This document shows, piece after piece, positions 1 through 13,316 of a stretch of DNA of 64,000 bases. The stretch is from the human T2T-CHM13v2.0 reference genome, Homo sapiens. Position numbers and translations under genes: made by a program. The first letter of the stretch is position 1. Every line of letters starts with the position of its first letter. The notes beneath the pieces are model-generated. The model made no database searches and was not told where the DNA came from. It saw nothing but the letters and a program-made list of their open reading frames with translations. The stretch is taken from NCBI RefSeq assembly GCF_009914755.1, contig NC_060947.1; one strand, written 5' to 3'.

Positions 1-664
1 AACGAGAGATAATTTTCAGTAAAGTTACTGTAGGAAACCACATTCAATTATATGATCTCACAAAGAGTCTGTAGTACAGCAAGGGCTCTGGCAGCCTTTG
101 CCCATTGTTCCTCACCCAACACGTTGGTGGCTTGCTATGAGCCAGTGAAATGCTGATGGTCACAAGCAAGTGAATTCAAAGGGAATAGGATACAGTAGCC
201 TTACCTTTAACCTGTTACTCGCACAGGCAGTGGGAAAGCACGATGAGAGTGAATACAGTCTTGAAGACTTTGCTAAATGTAGATGAAAGAAGGAAAATGC
301 ATGATTACAAACAGAAAGAAACTTGCAGAGCTGGTAGCAAACAAAGACAGGTACGAAAGTTAAAGATAATTTTAGAAGACGTAAAGACAATCTATAGCTG
401 TATCTATTTGAGTCCATAGCTATGTCTTTATGTATACCCACGCCTCTATCTATCTAGAGAGAGAAAAGGATGAAAGGAAATAATACCCGGGATTTTAAAT
501 GGAATATTATATCTGCTTGGTGGAATTATGTGTGAATTTCATTTCCTTTATAAATTATATTTTCATAACATTTTACAGTGAAGATGTATTACATTTTTAA
601 CTAGAACACAGACTTGAAAGTAGAATTTAAGTTACCTTAGAGAGCCTCATATTATAGTATTTCT

Positions 665-1553
665 TTATTTGTTATTAATTTTAATTTTTGTATTTTGTAT
701 ATAAATTTATGGGTACATGTGAAATTTTGTTACATGTATACAATGTGTAGTGATTAAGTCAGGATATTTAGGGTGTCCGTCGCCTGAGTACAATACATTT
801 TTGTGAAGGACCGTCACCCTACTCTGCTCTCAAACACGGAATTGATTGCTTCTATCTCACTGTAGGTTTGTTCCCTTCAACGCACTTCTCTGCATCCTTC
901 TCCTGCTGACTCACTCTTCCCAGTCTCCATTCTCTACCTCTCCATTCTCTAGCTCCACGCGATCAGATGTTTTAGCTCCCACATATAATAGAGGACATGT
1001 GATATTTGTCTTTTTATGCCTACTTTATTTCACTGACGATAATGGCCTCTAGTTCCGTCCATGCGGCTGCAAATAACATGATTTCATTCTTCTTTTTAAA
1101 GGAATAATTTGTGTTCCACACACACACACACACACAAATACACCTAGATATATGTATACATATATACACCATCTTGTTAAAAAACCATTCATCTGTTGAT
1201 GCACACTGAAGTTGATTCCACGTCTTTGCTATTGTGAATAGTGCTATATAGTAAACATGCAAGAGCAGGTATTTTTTTAATATATTGATTTCTTTTCCTT
1301 TTGGTAGATACCCAGTCATGGGATTGCTGCATCGAATGGTAGTTCTGTTTTCAGTTTTGTTGAGAAGTCGCCATACTCTTTTCCACGGTGGCTGTAGTAG
1401 TTTACACTCTCACCAACAGGCTGTAAGATTTGCCTTTGCTTCTTATTCTTGCCAACCTCTGTTATTTTGTGTCTTTTTAAATAGTGGCCATTCTGACTGA
1501 GGAAAGATGATATGTCATTGCGGTTTTGGTTTGCATTTCTGTGGTGGTTAGTG
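665..1553 (-). mobile_element. L1 (L1MA/L1PB-type) 3' segment
   Basis: T-rich tail near 665-700 followed by typical antisense L1 3' UTR/ORF2-end sequence (ccattcatctgttgat, gtggccattctgactg, ttttggtttgcatttc). Confidence 0.85.
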
Positions 1554-1554
1554 A

Positions 1555-2390
<836 letters not shown>

Positions 2391-3129
2391 ATATTAATTT
2401 ATTAGTGGAAAGCAGAGGGTTCTTTATTAGCTAACTTCTGGAAGACTAAGTTTACAAATTCATTAAATGCAGCATTCTTAGGAGTTAGAAACTTGGTGTA
2501 ATGATCTGTAGAGGGGGAGTCATCCAATACCTGTGTTTTCCTGCCCTTAGATGAAAATGGAAATGTGTCCATTGGATTTACTCTCAAAACTGTAATATAG
2601 ACAAGTTCTACTTTGTGCTAGACATGCCATAAAATGATGTAATTCAGTCTTGATTATTTGTGGAGTAGAGACTCCATTCATATCCTGTTTTTTTACTTCT
2701 TTCTCATTTTTCACATTTTCAATAGTTTCGTAATCTCCATGGACTGTATTTGCAAAAAGAAGACGATGGTGTCCAAAAGCCACCAGATGGAGGCGTTGAG
2801 CTGCCATTGTTAATGTCAGCCAGGCAGTCCCTGACGCATAGTGTGTGGGTATGAGAACAACCTGGATAACTTATTTCCAATGCAGATTTCACATTCCCTC
2901 CCACAGAGAGAGTTCATTTGGTAGGCCTGAAGAGGGCCATGAAATCCAAACTTTCCCAAATCCCTTTCACTGTGACCCTGATACAGGCTGGTCCACAAGT
3001 CACACTTTGAGAAACTTTGATTTCAATGGTAATGGTAGTTATGGCCATATATGAAAATAAATAGAGAAAGAGTATACAGCTGGAAGAGAATTGAGCAAGA
3101 CCCAAATCCCTGGAAATTCCATCTTGAAA

Positions 3130-4010
3130 GGGCCCCGTGGAGAAGGTGCTGCTAGAAAAGATATTGAGACGTGGCCAAGATGAAGAGAATAACAGGAGAA
3201 TGTGTTGTTATGGAAGACAAAGGAAGACAAAAGGAGGGCACTGAGAAAAAGAGGAGAGTGCTCAACAGTGTTGACCGCAGCTGAGAATCAACTGAGATGA
3301 GTGCCAGAGAATGTGCATTAGATCTAGTCACATGGAGGTCACCAGTGACTTTTGAGGGAGAATCCTTTTAGAAGAGATGTGCGGGCCCACGTTGGTTTCT
3401 AGTGGATTACAGAAAATGTGAGAGATGAGGCAATAGAGGCACCAAGCAGAGATAATCCTTTGGAAACTTTGACACAAAGAGTAAGAGAGTGGTGGGAATT
3501 ACATTGGTGGTGAATAAGGCCCAGGGATTTTCAAGTTGAAGGAGATTCGAGTATGCGCAAATGGGAATAAGAAGGATGGCAAGAGAAAGACATGCAGAAG
3601 ATAGAGGGAGGAGAAAGATAATGGATAAACTAATGGATAACACGAGGTTTCTGGAAGACAGGAGGCCATGGAACCTAGAACACAGGGGCAGGGACGTCTT
3701 TCCTCCTCTAACAGAGGGAGAGACAGGGCACAGATGCAGGTAGCTTGTAGGTTTGATGGCAGAAGTTTTGGGGGATTTCGTCTGAATTGTTCTGTCACAA
3801 AACCAGCAAGGGAGACAAATGGTGCGTGTGACAGGGAGTTGGGAGTGGAAGGAGCAAACCTGAAGGGTGAGTAGAGCAGAGAAGAGAGAGAAAGTGATGC
3901 TCCTATAAGACAGAGATAGGGAACCCAAAACAGAAGAGTCAGGTAACGGAAGGAGGAAATGTAGAGAGATGGAATGGGGAGTGAGCAAGTAAGAGAGATA
4001 CTGGGAGAAA
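3130..4010 (-). mobile_element. Old L2 fragment(s)
   Basis: Purine-rich decayed sequence with an L2-like motif (catggaggtcaccagtgact); boundaries approximate. Confidence 0.5.
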
Positions 4011-4099
4011 GCTGGCAGCTGTCATGAAGCTCTCCTAAGGGGACTTGGGGGGAAATAGAGCTCTGGTTAAAGGGGAGGATTTCCTCTGTGGCTGAAAAT

Positions 4100-4595
4100 A
4101 AAAATCATCATGTAGTTTTTTGGGGGCTTAATGGAGGTGAGTCATCTGTGACCCAAGGATGCGACTTAGTGTTGCTCAAGTGGAGACTGGAGGATCCACG
4201 TTCAAAGATGGCTTGCTCTCATGGCTGGCAAGCTGCAGCTGGTTATTAGCTGGAAACTTAGCTGAGGCTGGGAGCCTCTGATGCTCTCCACGGGTTTCTC
4301 CACGGGCTGCTTGAGCTTCCTCAAAGCATAATGGGTGGGTTCCCAGATCAAGTGTCCTGAAGGAGCAAGGTGGGATTTCATGGCATTTTTGTGTCCTAGT
4401 CTCCACAGACAGAAATCCTCACTTGTGTGGTCCTCTCTCACACTCAGCAGCTTCATACACTGCCTGAGTCCAAGAGAAGGACATATAGGCTGCACTCCTT
4501 GATAGGAGCAGGGCCCCAGGTCACATGGAAAGAAGAGCTTGTGGGAAAGAAGGTGGTACTGTGACCATCTTCAGAAAATGCAATTTGCCACAACC
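4100..4595 (-). mobile_element. MLT1-family (ERVL-MaLR) LTR
   Basis: Motifs such as ttcaaagatggcttgctctcatggctggcaag and gggctgcttgagcttcctca resemble MLT1 LTRs. Confidence 0.65.
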
Positions 4596-4706
4596 AGTTA
4601 AATGGTTAAAAAGGAATAACAGTGTAACATAAAAAATTTTTTTAATTTTAGCTTTAAAATTTTTATGTATACATAGTAGGTGTATATATTTATGGGGTAC
4701 ATGAGA

Positions 4707-5005
4707 TTTGTTTGTTTCTGTTTGAGACAGAGTCTGGCTCTGATTTCCCAGTGTCACTGCCACTGTGGGTTCATGACTCACAGAAGCCTTGATTTCCCAG
4801 ACTCACATGATCCTCCTGTCTCAGCCTCCTGAGTCACTGGGACTACCAGGACATGCCGTCATGCCTAGCTAATCTTCTTATTTTTGGTAGAAACAGGATC
4901 TCTCTGTGGTACTAAGTCTGGTCTTGAGCTCCTGGGCTTAAGTGATCCTCCCATCTCAGCCCCGCAAAGTGCTGGGACTACAAGGGTGAGCCACTGCACA
5001 CAGCC
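4707..5005 (-). mobile_element. AluJ (old, diverged)
   Basis: Antisense Alu dimer: tttgagacagagtctggctc ... ctcctgggcttaagtgatcctccc ... gagccactgcacacagcc. Confidence 0.88.
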
Positions 5006-5009
5006 CACT

Positions 5010-5620
5010 GTAACACTTTAAACATATTTGAAAAGGTAGAACTAATGTACATGTATTGAAACTACAACATGATACTGGAAAATATACCTTCTCAGGTTTA
5101 CAAAGAACATTTACAGAAATTGATCATATGTGAGGTCACGAAGAAAACATTAGTAAGCTCCACATATAGAGATATCACAAACTACTGCTGTGGTCGTAGT
5201 ACAATACAACTAAAAGCTGTAAATAAGCTCACGTGCCCCAGAACTCATAAAAATCAACTGTTAAAGAACTACTGGGTGCCGGCCTAGATATGAGGAGGAA
5301 TTATCTACTTTCTGATAAATTATAATAAACCCTATAGATTTGAATCTATGACATATATTTAAAGAGGTGATCAGAGAAAAGTAGACCGCTTTGAATACTC
5401 ATAACCATGACAATGGGAGTATAAAAATGAATCAGTGACATTTCTAGCTCAAGGGCTAGACATAAAACAAAGTTAAAAGAAAGCACGAACAAGTAATAAT
5501 GTTAATATATAAAGCAGACATTAATGAGGGAGAAACAGAAATAGGAGACACAAATATTGAAGAGTGTCTTTTTAAATCAATGAGGCAGATGAAGCAGTAG
5601 CTAACTGAATCAAAGATGCA
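5010..5620 (+). mobile_element. Ancient L1M fragment
   Basis: A-rich decayed ORF2-like sequence; boundaries approximate. Confidence 0.5.
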
Positions 5621-5654
5621 GAGATAGTGTTTCTGTATATATATAATAGGTACA

Positions 5655-5707
5655 CAGACAGGTAGATAGGTAGGCAGGTAGATAGATAGCTAGATAGATA
5701 GGCATAG

Positions 5708-5751
<44 letters not shown>

Positions 5752-5762
5752 GATAGATAGAT
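5655..5762 (+). repeat. (TAGA)n tetranucleotide microsatellite
   Basis: Directly visible GATA/TAGA run with degenerate flanks. Confidence 0.95.
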
Positions 5763-5787
5763 GTTTGCACAGGAGACACACAACTAC

Positions 5788-8207
5788 CAGCATACTTTGT
5801 TTGATTGTGCTTTATTGCACTTTGCAGATGCAGCTTGTTTTGGAAGGTTCCTAATGACCCTGATTTGAATAATCCGTGGGCACCATTTTTCACAGCATGT
5901 GCTCACCTCGTGTCTCTGTGTCACATTTTGGTAATTCTTACAACATCTCAAATTTTCAGTAGGACTATATCTGTTTTGGTGATCCGTGATCAGTGCTCTT
6001 TGATTTTGCTATTGTAATCACATTGGGAAGCCACAAAATGCACCCTAGAAGAAGCAAGCTTAATCAATCAATGTTGTGTGTGTTTTGACTGCTCCACTGA
6101 CTGGCCTCTCCCCATCTCTCTCACTCTGCTCTGGTCTCTCTACTCCCTGTGACACGACAGAATTGAAATTAGGCCAAATAATAACCCTACGATGGCCTCT
6201 AAAGGTTCAAGTGAAAGGAGGAATTGCAGATCTCTCACTTTAAATCAAAAGGGAGAAATTATTAAGCTCAGTGAGGAGGGCACGTTGCAAGCTGAGATAG
6301 GCCCCAAACTAGACCACCTGTGCCAAAGTCTTAGCCAGGTGGTGAAAGAAATGAAAAGTGCCACTCCGGCGAACACATGAATGATAAGGAAGCGAAACAG
6401 ATTTCGTGCTGATATGCAGAGAGTTTTAGTGGACATATCATCAAACCAGCCACCAGATGCCCTTAAGCCAAGGCCTAATCCAGAGCACAGCCCTATCTTT
6501 CCTCACTTCTCTGAGGCCGAGAGAGATGAGGAAGCTGCAGAAAAAAGACAAAAAACAAAAAACAAAACAAAACAAGACAAAAAACAAAAACAAAAAAAAG
6601 GAGAAGCTAGCAGATACTGGTTCATGGAGTGTAAGGAGAGAGGCCATCTCCATCACATAAAAGTGCAAGATGGATCATCAAGTGCTGATGGAGGCACTGC
6701 AGGAAGTTCTCCAGAAGATCTAGCTGAGATCATGGGTGAAGGTGGCTGTGCTCACGACAGGTTTTCCTTCTAGATGAAACGGCCTTCTACTGGAAGAAGA
6801 TACCATCTAGGACTTTTGTAGGTAGAGAGGAGAAGTCAATGCCTGGCTCCAAACTTTCAAAGGACAGGCTGACTCTCTTGTTAGGGGGCTAATGCAGCTG
6901 GTGACTGTAAGTTGAAGCCGATGCTAATTTATCGCTTTGAAAATCCTAGGGCCTTTAAGAATGATGCTAAAGCTACTCTGCCTGTGCTCTAGAAATGAAA
7001 CAACAAAGCCTGGACGACAGCACATCTGTTTACATCGTGACTTACTGAAGATTTTAAGCCCACTCTTGAGACCTACTGCTCAGAAATAAAAAGATTCCCT
7101 TCCAAATATTACCACTCATTCACAGTGTGTCTGGTCACTCAAGAGCTGTCATGAAGATGTACAAGGAGGTTTTTTTTTTTTTTAATTTTATGCCTGCTAG
7201 CATGCATGAAACATTCACTCTGCAGCCCATGGATCAAGAAATGATTTTAACTTTCAAGTCTTCCTGTTTAGCAAACAGATTCCATAAGGCTGTAGCTGCT
7301 ATAGATAGTGATTCCTCTGAAGGATCTGAAAAAAGGAAATTGAAAACCTTCTGGAAATGATTCCCCTTTCTGCATGCCACTAAGAACATTCGTGATTCAT
7401 GGGAGGAAGTCAAAATATCAACATTAAAGGATGAAGTTGATTCCAACCCTCACAAATCACTTTGAGGGGTTCACAATGTCAGTGGGGGAAGTACCTGCAG
7501 ATGTGATGGAAATAGCAAGAGAACCAGAAAGAGTAGTGGAGCCTGAAGAAGAAACTGAATCACTGCAATCTCATGATCAAACTGGAAGGGACAAGGAGTT
7601 GCTTCTTACGGAAGAACAAAGAAAGTGATTTCTTGAAATGGAATGGAATCCATTCCTGGAGAAGATGCTGTGAACGTAGTAGTAGTTGAAATGACAGTAC
7701 GGGATTTAGAGTATTGCATAAACTTAGTTGATACAGCAGTGGCAGGGTTTAAGAGGGTTCGTTACAACTTTGAAGGATATTCAACTGTGGGTGAGTAAAA
7801 TGCTATAAACAGCATCGTATGCTATGGAGACAGGTTTCATGAAAAGAAGAGTCAATCTATGTGTCAAACTTCATTGATGTCTAATTTTAAGAAATTGCCA
7901 CAGCCACCCCAACTTTCACCAACCACCCCACCGATCACTCAGCAGCCATGAACATTGAGGCAACACTTCACACCAGCTAAGAGTGTATGACTCACTGACG
8001 GCTCAGGTGATATTGAGCATTTGTTATAATAAACTCTTTTTAAGTTAAGGTATGTATATATTTTTGCCATAGTGCTATTGCACATCTAATAGACTATAAT
8101 ATACTGTAAACTTAACTTTTACATGCAAGAAACACCAAAAAATTCATGTCACTTGCTTTATTGTGATGGTCTGGAACTAAACCCACAATATCTTTGAGGT
8201 ATGCCTG
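5788..8207 (+). mobile_element. Tigger1 DNA transposon, near full length, with decayed transposase
   Basis: Degenerate 5' TIR (cagcatactttg), 3' TIR gaggtatgcctg followed by TA. Transposase start [20 protein letters not shown] at 6192 and broken ORF pieces at 6381-6773, 7127-7360 and 7431-7628. Confidence 0.93.
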
Positions 8208-8209
8208 TA

Positions 8210-9960
8210 AATAACAATAAAGAGGAAATTTTTAAAAATCAGAGGGGCCTCTTTACACATCTCTATGCCGATAACCTTGTAAAACTATATGAACTATGTA
8301 ATTTCTTGTGAAAATACACTCACTATATAATTGACCCCAATAGCGCCCAAAAGGATAAAAGAACATTTGTACAGAGGAAATAGCCTTACGAAGGAAATCT
8401 CCCATATGAGACCACCAGGCACAGACTGTTTCATAGGCACTTTCTCCAAACCAAAGCCTACTCTTGAGAGCTACTGCTCAGATCAAAAGGCTCCACGCCC
8501 ACCAAAACATAACCAGGTAGGGGATACAATTACAAATAAAACAATCATTTACAAAAGCAACAAAAATGATGAAAATATTTAGGCATAAAATTAAGACATA
8601 TTGAAAGCACTATACGGTGCCTTTTAAAAAGACACAAAAGCAGACTTGGGCAAGTGGGTAGAAATCGTTTGTTCAGTGTTAGGACATTACGGCATCATCA
8701 AGATGTTGGTTCTCCCTAAGTGAGTTTATAAGTTTAATACAATTCCATAAAAATACCAACACCATTCCCTTTTTCCTGGAGAGAAGAAGATGGTATCATA
8801 ATGCCCATTTCAAAAGGCAAGAATAGCTACAAAGTCACGGGAAAGGAAGAGCTATATGGGAAAACTGGCCCCAAACACATTACAGTATACACCCAGCCTC
8901 CATAATTAAAACACTGTGGTATTCACTGGCATGGGAATAGAGAGACAGACCAAGGCAACATTCTAGAAAGTGATAAGACGACCCAGTAATATTTGCAAAT
9001 TGGGAGTATGATAAAGGTAGCATTTCAAATCAGCAGGAACAAAGAGGGACTTTGCAGTAAATAAGCTGATAATGGGGAAAGTGTATGCTCTTCAACTAAT
9101 GAGGACAAGAAAACCGAATTTCTGCACGGGAAGGAAAAAAAGGAATTGGTTCTCCACCTGACATCAGGCACAAAAATCAATTGTAGGTAAGTCAGGAAAA
9201 ATAACTAATGGGTACTAAGCTTAATAAGTGGGTGATGAAATAATCTGTACAACAAAGCCCCATGACACAAGTTTACCCTATAACAAACCTGCACATATAC
9301 CTCTGAACTTAAAGGTTAAAAAGAACATGAAAAATTAAATCTCACAATCTTTATTAGAAAATAGAGGGGAAATTTTTATGACTTCAGAGAAAAGATAAAT
9401 TTATTACAAAAGGCACAGGTAAACACAGTTATAAAGCTTAGCCTCACAATATATAAGAAATGGAAGAAAAACATCTTATTAAAGTGAAAAATGGTTAATT
9501 CACCAACATGGATATTGTACTGTAAAAGGATATGCAAACAGCCGAGAAAAAGAACCCAGTCTTATTAGTAACTGGAGAAATGCAAGATCCCAAATCCATG
9601 CCATTTCACACCCACTAGAATGACAGCATTAAGCAAAAGGCCTATTCCACCAGCGAGTCTGTGTAACAGTGGGAACACACTCTTCTGGTGGGGGATGCCT
9701 CTTGGAAACAATTGAGCACTGGGGAATATTCCCTGAGTCTATGATCCAGGAATTCCACTCTCTGATAACCGTGTAAACCTTTGGCACGTATGCCAGACAT
9801 CTCACTCTTCATAGCATCCTTGCTTAGAAGGGACTGACACTGGAAAGAACTGACATGTCCATAGACAGAGAACTAAGCGGATTTTTTGTAGATTAGCCCC
9901 ACAGAGGTAGGTGATGGAATAGGGGAAATGAAAGCAGCATGTCTACAGGTAACCACAACA
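8210..9960 (+). mobile_element. Ancient L1M segments with a younger L1 3'-end insertion at ~9191-9325
   Basis: Decayed L1 ORF2 motifs; 9191-9325 reads gggtactaagcttaa ... aatctgtacaacaaa ... acaaacctgcacat and is absent from the paralogous flank near 62.03 kb. Confidence 0.7.
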
Positions 9961-10549
9961 TTTAATCAAAGTCAGAGCGGCCCTCTTTCACAACAGCCCT
10001 AGCCACAACAATAGAGCAGCCCTCTTTCACAACAGCCCTGCCCAGAGGTGAATGGACAGGAAATGGACGCATGCGGGGTGGAGTGGCCCCACACGGGTAC
10101 CTGATGCAACAGGGGAGATGAGGGCAGGACGGCACCTGCCACCCCATAGGCACCCTAAGTGACTCAACGGTGAGCTAAGGAGGAAGGGGCAGAATCCCAC
10201 AGAGATAAGGAAGCAGGTCTTGTGATGTGGTGGGTGCACGGGACGCACAGCAGGAATGCCTGGGATGCAGCTGGGCGTGTTGGAAGCACACAGGGCATGG
10301 GAGGGAGCCTGGGCCCCACTTCCAGGGTGATGGCCATTTCTCCCAAAGGAGAAGGGTGGCTGGAAGGAGTCCAGGTACAAGGTCCTAGGCCACAGCCACA
10401 TGGCCTCCACCTCTCAGGGCAGGGTCAGTAGCTGCTCCCCACTCCACTCCCAGGTCCTTCTGTCCTTCCCCAGGATGAGGAGCTGGAGGACCGTAGGGGT
10501 GGAAGTCCAGTCCACAGCAGCCATGGGCCATCCCTCAGGGGAAGGCGTG

Positions 10550-10686
10550 CCCAGTGGGGGGGGGCGTGGCTCCACATAGCCCCACCTCCCACATGCACTG
10601 AGCCAGCCAATCAGGAAAGGGCACCCACAGTCAGGCCAGCTGCTCTCGCGAGGACCAAGGACCCAGGCCCTCAGAGGAGCATCAAG
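10550..10686 (+). promoter_or_regulatory. Putative promoter and non-coding exon 1 of SYCP3/FAM9-like copy A
   Basis: GC box GGGGCGTGG (10561-10569), NF-Y-type AGCCAATCAG (CCAAT 10607-10611), TCTCGCGAGG (10644-10653, 9/10 to the BANP/ZBTB33 motif) and a weak donor aag|gtgcca at 10686/10687, ~0.8 kb upstream of the ATG exon. Confidence 0.55.
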
Positions 10687-11478
10687 GTGCCAGGTCCTGG
10701 AGGTCCTGTGAGGAGGAGAGGTCGAGGGTACCTCAGGAGAGGACCTGGCCGGAGGGGAGACTGGGACCGTGTAGTCCGAGGTCCTCAGAGGACGAGAGTG
10801 TGGATCTTGGGGCAGCTCAGGCTGACCTGTGAGGAAATCTCCCCAGCGTCACCTGGGGCCTGGGTCAGGGAGAGTCCCCTAGGGGCAGGCTGGCGTGGGC
10901 CAGGGAAGGGAGATCGAGGGGTCCAGGTGGTCCCCAGTGCCCGGGAGCATCACTGGGTTCTGTGCATGTGCTGGAGGCTGGGGGAGAGTCCGCGTGTGTC
11001 CCTCTTGCTCGGCCACCCATCTGGATGGGACCCTTGGTCACCGGGGGTCTGCTGGGCGTCCAGGCAGGTGAGAGGGCAGATGCCAGCACCTGACTGTCGA
11101 GGACGGGTACACAGAGGTTCATTCCCATGCAGATGGCTGGGGAGGTCCTGTGTCACCCTACAGCTCTCCCGACCAACACGGGGTCACTTGGGGACCCGGG
11201 GCAGGGGCAATCTCTGTCCCAAGGGCACGGCAAGAATTCAGCAGAGGACCTGGAGTTCAGGTGTGCGGAGCAGGTGTGAGCTCTGCAGGCAGCCCCAGGG
11301 AAGGGCTGGATGGGACACAACGGGACAGGTGGGGACGCTGGCCTCTTCTCCCTTGTCCTTTGCTCCTTCAGCAGTAGACACGGAGCATGCCAGCCCCACT
11401 CTTCTTCAACCTGGGGACCTCCCCGTTGGCTCTCATTTAACACACCTGGGTTCCTTAGTGTGTCTTTGCACTCACAAG

Positions 11479-11607
11479 GTTCAGGAGTCGTCTCTAGCCT
11501 CCCAGGACGGCCAGCCATGGTGCGTATGGACGGGAAGTGCGTCAGGGAGGCTGACAAGGCCCTGCTGTAAACTCAGTTTATGGTAGCCCAGGAAACGGGG
11601 CATGGAC
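11479..11607 (+). pseudogene. Copy A exon 2 (ATG exon): MVRMDGKCVREADKALL*TQFMVAQETGHG
   Basis: Acceptor caag|g at 11478/11479, Kozak gccATGG at 11517, phase-1 donor gtaaaa at 11608. Aligns with remembered N-termini of FAM9A ([25 protein letters not shown]), FAM9C (QVMAAQE) and SYCP3 (MVSSGKK...EDQF). Confidence 0.75.
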
Positions 11608-12105
11608 GTAAAACTGGAATGAAGGGTCAAGGAAACAGGTGCCCGCCCAAGGGGACGGTCTGTCTTATCTCCTTGCACCGGGTCGTGGGGAGCACATGGG
11701 CAGCCCGTGGCACCCTCGTTACTTTGGTGCCCACCTTGCATATGCTAAGAAGCCCTAGGTTTCTAAAGCAGTTTCAAGGGCTTTAGGTTTCCCATGGGAA
11801 GCTCCTGCCCCACGGCAGAGTTACAGATGCCCTTAGAGCTGCTCTTCTGGATGTGTGCAGTCCGTGACGTCCAAGGAGTCTGATCCGCAGTGCATGGTTA
11901 TCTATGACTTCAGTCCTGGAGGGCTTGCAAAAATGTCTCTGTAAAATGGTCAGGGCTCAAGGGACTCCATGTATATAGGTCTGCTTTAAAGCTTTAATTG
12001 GCAAACAGCCATACAAACCCACAAATAGTACATTTCCATGTGAAAAAATGTCCACAATAGCATCCTTCCTCTAAAAACGTTTGCCTTTTCAAATTTTCAG
12101 TGCAG

Positions 12106-12175
12106 CACGGAATTCAGGAATGCACAGCCATCCCGAAAGTAGTCATTTTGCAGAAACAGATGAGGAAGACATGTG
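12106..12175 (+). pseudogene. Copy A exon 3: RNSGMHSHPESSHFAETDEEDM
   Basis: tgcag|CA acceptor, TG|gtaat donor, 70 nt, phase 1 to 2; matches FAM9 FAETDE/FTETREEDV and SYCP3 ...EDMG. Confidence 0.75.
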
Positions 12176-12343
12176 GTAATGTGTTTAATGTAATTGTGCC
12201 TCCTAGTAAAGTAAGTTCAGAAAAATCAACTTTGACTCGTGGCACATTTTGTGTTTAAAACACTGGGCATCAGGCATGCCCTACAACACAAGCGTGGTAT
12301 CTTATTCACACCTAGTGAAAAAAAAAAAAGTAATTTCTTCCAG

Positions 12344-12378
12344 GAATGAATTTCAAAATATGTGGGAAAGCTTTGTAG
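12344..12378 (+). pseudogene. Copy A exon 4: NEFQNMWESFV
   Basis: ttccag|G acceptor, G|gtgtct donor, 35 nt, phase 2 to 1; matches the SYCP3 small exon GEVQNMLEGVG. Confidence 0.85.
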
Positions 12379-12884
12379 GTGTCTGGGAGATACTTGTAAT
12401 TCAAGAACATTGTTGTCAGCCATATATCTTTTATAGCAAGAAATGCTAATGAGGGGGCTGCATTAGTGTTATTTAATGCTTTGTTCTCCTATCCAGGATG
12501 CCACATAAGGATTGAGTGTGATTCAGCTCCATCGATTTCCTTCCTTACCCTTTTAAGCTGTTGAGTGAAGTGGATGGTACACACAGTGGTTAGGCAGAGT
12601 AATGCTTTTACTTTATTCACTGTGGAATATGAGAAAATAATTTACAAATAATATATATTCCACATTGTGTCAGATAGTAAGTGATATATCTGTTTTTCAT
12701 ATCCATTGCTGTTTTCTTATTCTAGTTATTTTATAAGACTTTCCCATTTCTTTCTTGGGGTGGGCAGTGCAAACTGAGGCCTCTAAAATAGCCTCTTATT
12801 GTTATGTTTACATTAATAACCTCTGTAGTGGAGAACTCAGACAACTTTGCTGGCATGTGAGAGACGTGTGATCACAACCAAAAA

Positions 12885-12952
12885 CATCTAAGTTTTAAAT
12901 GGGTACCTCAGCTATCAAGCATCTAAGTTTTAAATGGATACCTCAGCTATCA
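12885..12952 (+). repeat. 35-bp tandem duplication
   Basis: catctaagttttaaatgg(g/a)tacctcagctatca occurs twice back to back. Confidence 0.9.
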
Positions 12953-13316
12953 GTTAAATTAACTATGTAAAAGGACAAACTCTTAACCGTGTCATACTTC
13001 AGTTTTGTCTCCTCTCTATGGATCATACATACAAGCAGATATGTGTTGAAAGCTTTGCTCTATTTTGTGATGAAAGTGTGCTTGATGCATGAGCTGTCTT
13101 ATTAATTGGTTACTATAGATAGTAAGCTTGATTTGTAAAATATTTGTAAAATAATACATCTCCCTTATGAATACTGGAAAATATGCATTGATGGTAGGCC
13201 CATAACTTAGAATCAACCATATAGTTAGCAAAGCATTATTTGAAATATTAAAATGTTTTTTAAAAAACATTTTAATGTTTATTTTAGCTATTGAAAACAT
13301 TTTAATGTTTATTAAA

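Noticed and set aside
2547-2904. Overlapping minus-strand ORFs containing a DYETI tyrosine-motif-like peptide
   Set aside because: I recognise no protein family and see no convincing splice structure; a blastx search would be needed.
6192-7628. Transposase-like ORFs suggesting a domesticated TIGD1-type gene
   Set aside because: Many stops and frameshifts plus a microsatellite insertion; an ordinary decayed Tigger1.
10687-11586. 299-aa ORF, the longest in the track
   Set aside because: It starts at a GTG at the splice donor, runs through GC-rich intron 1 and crosses exon 2 out of frame; no recognisable protein.
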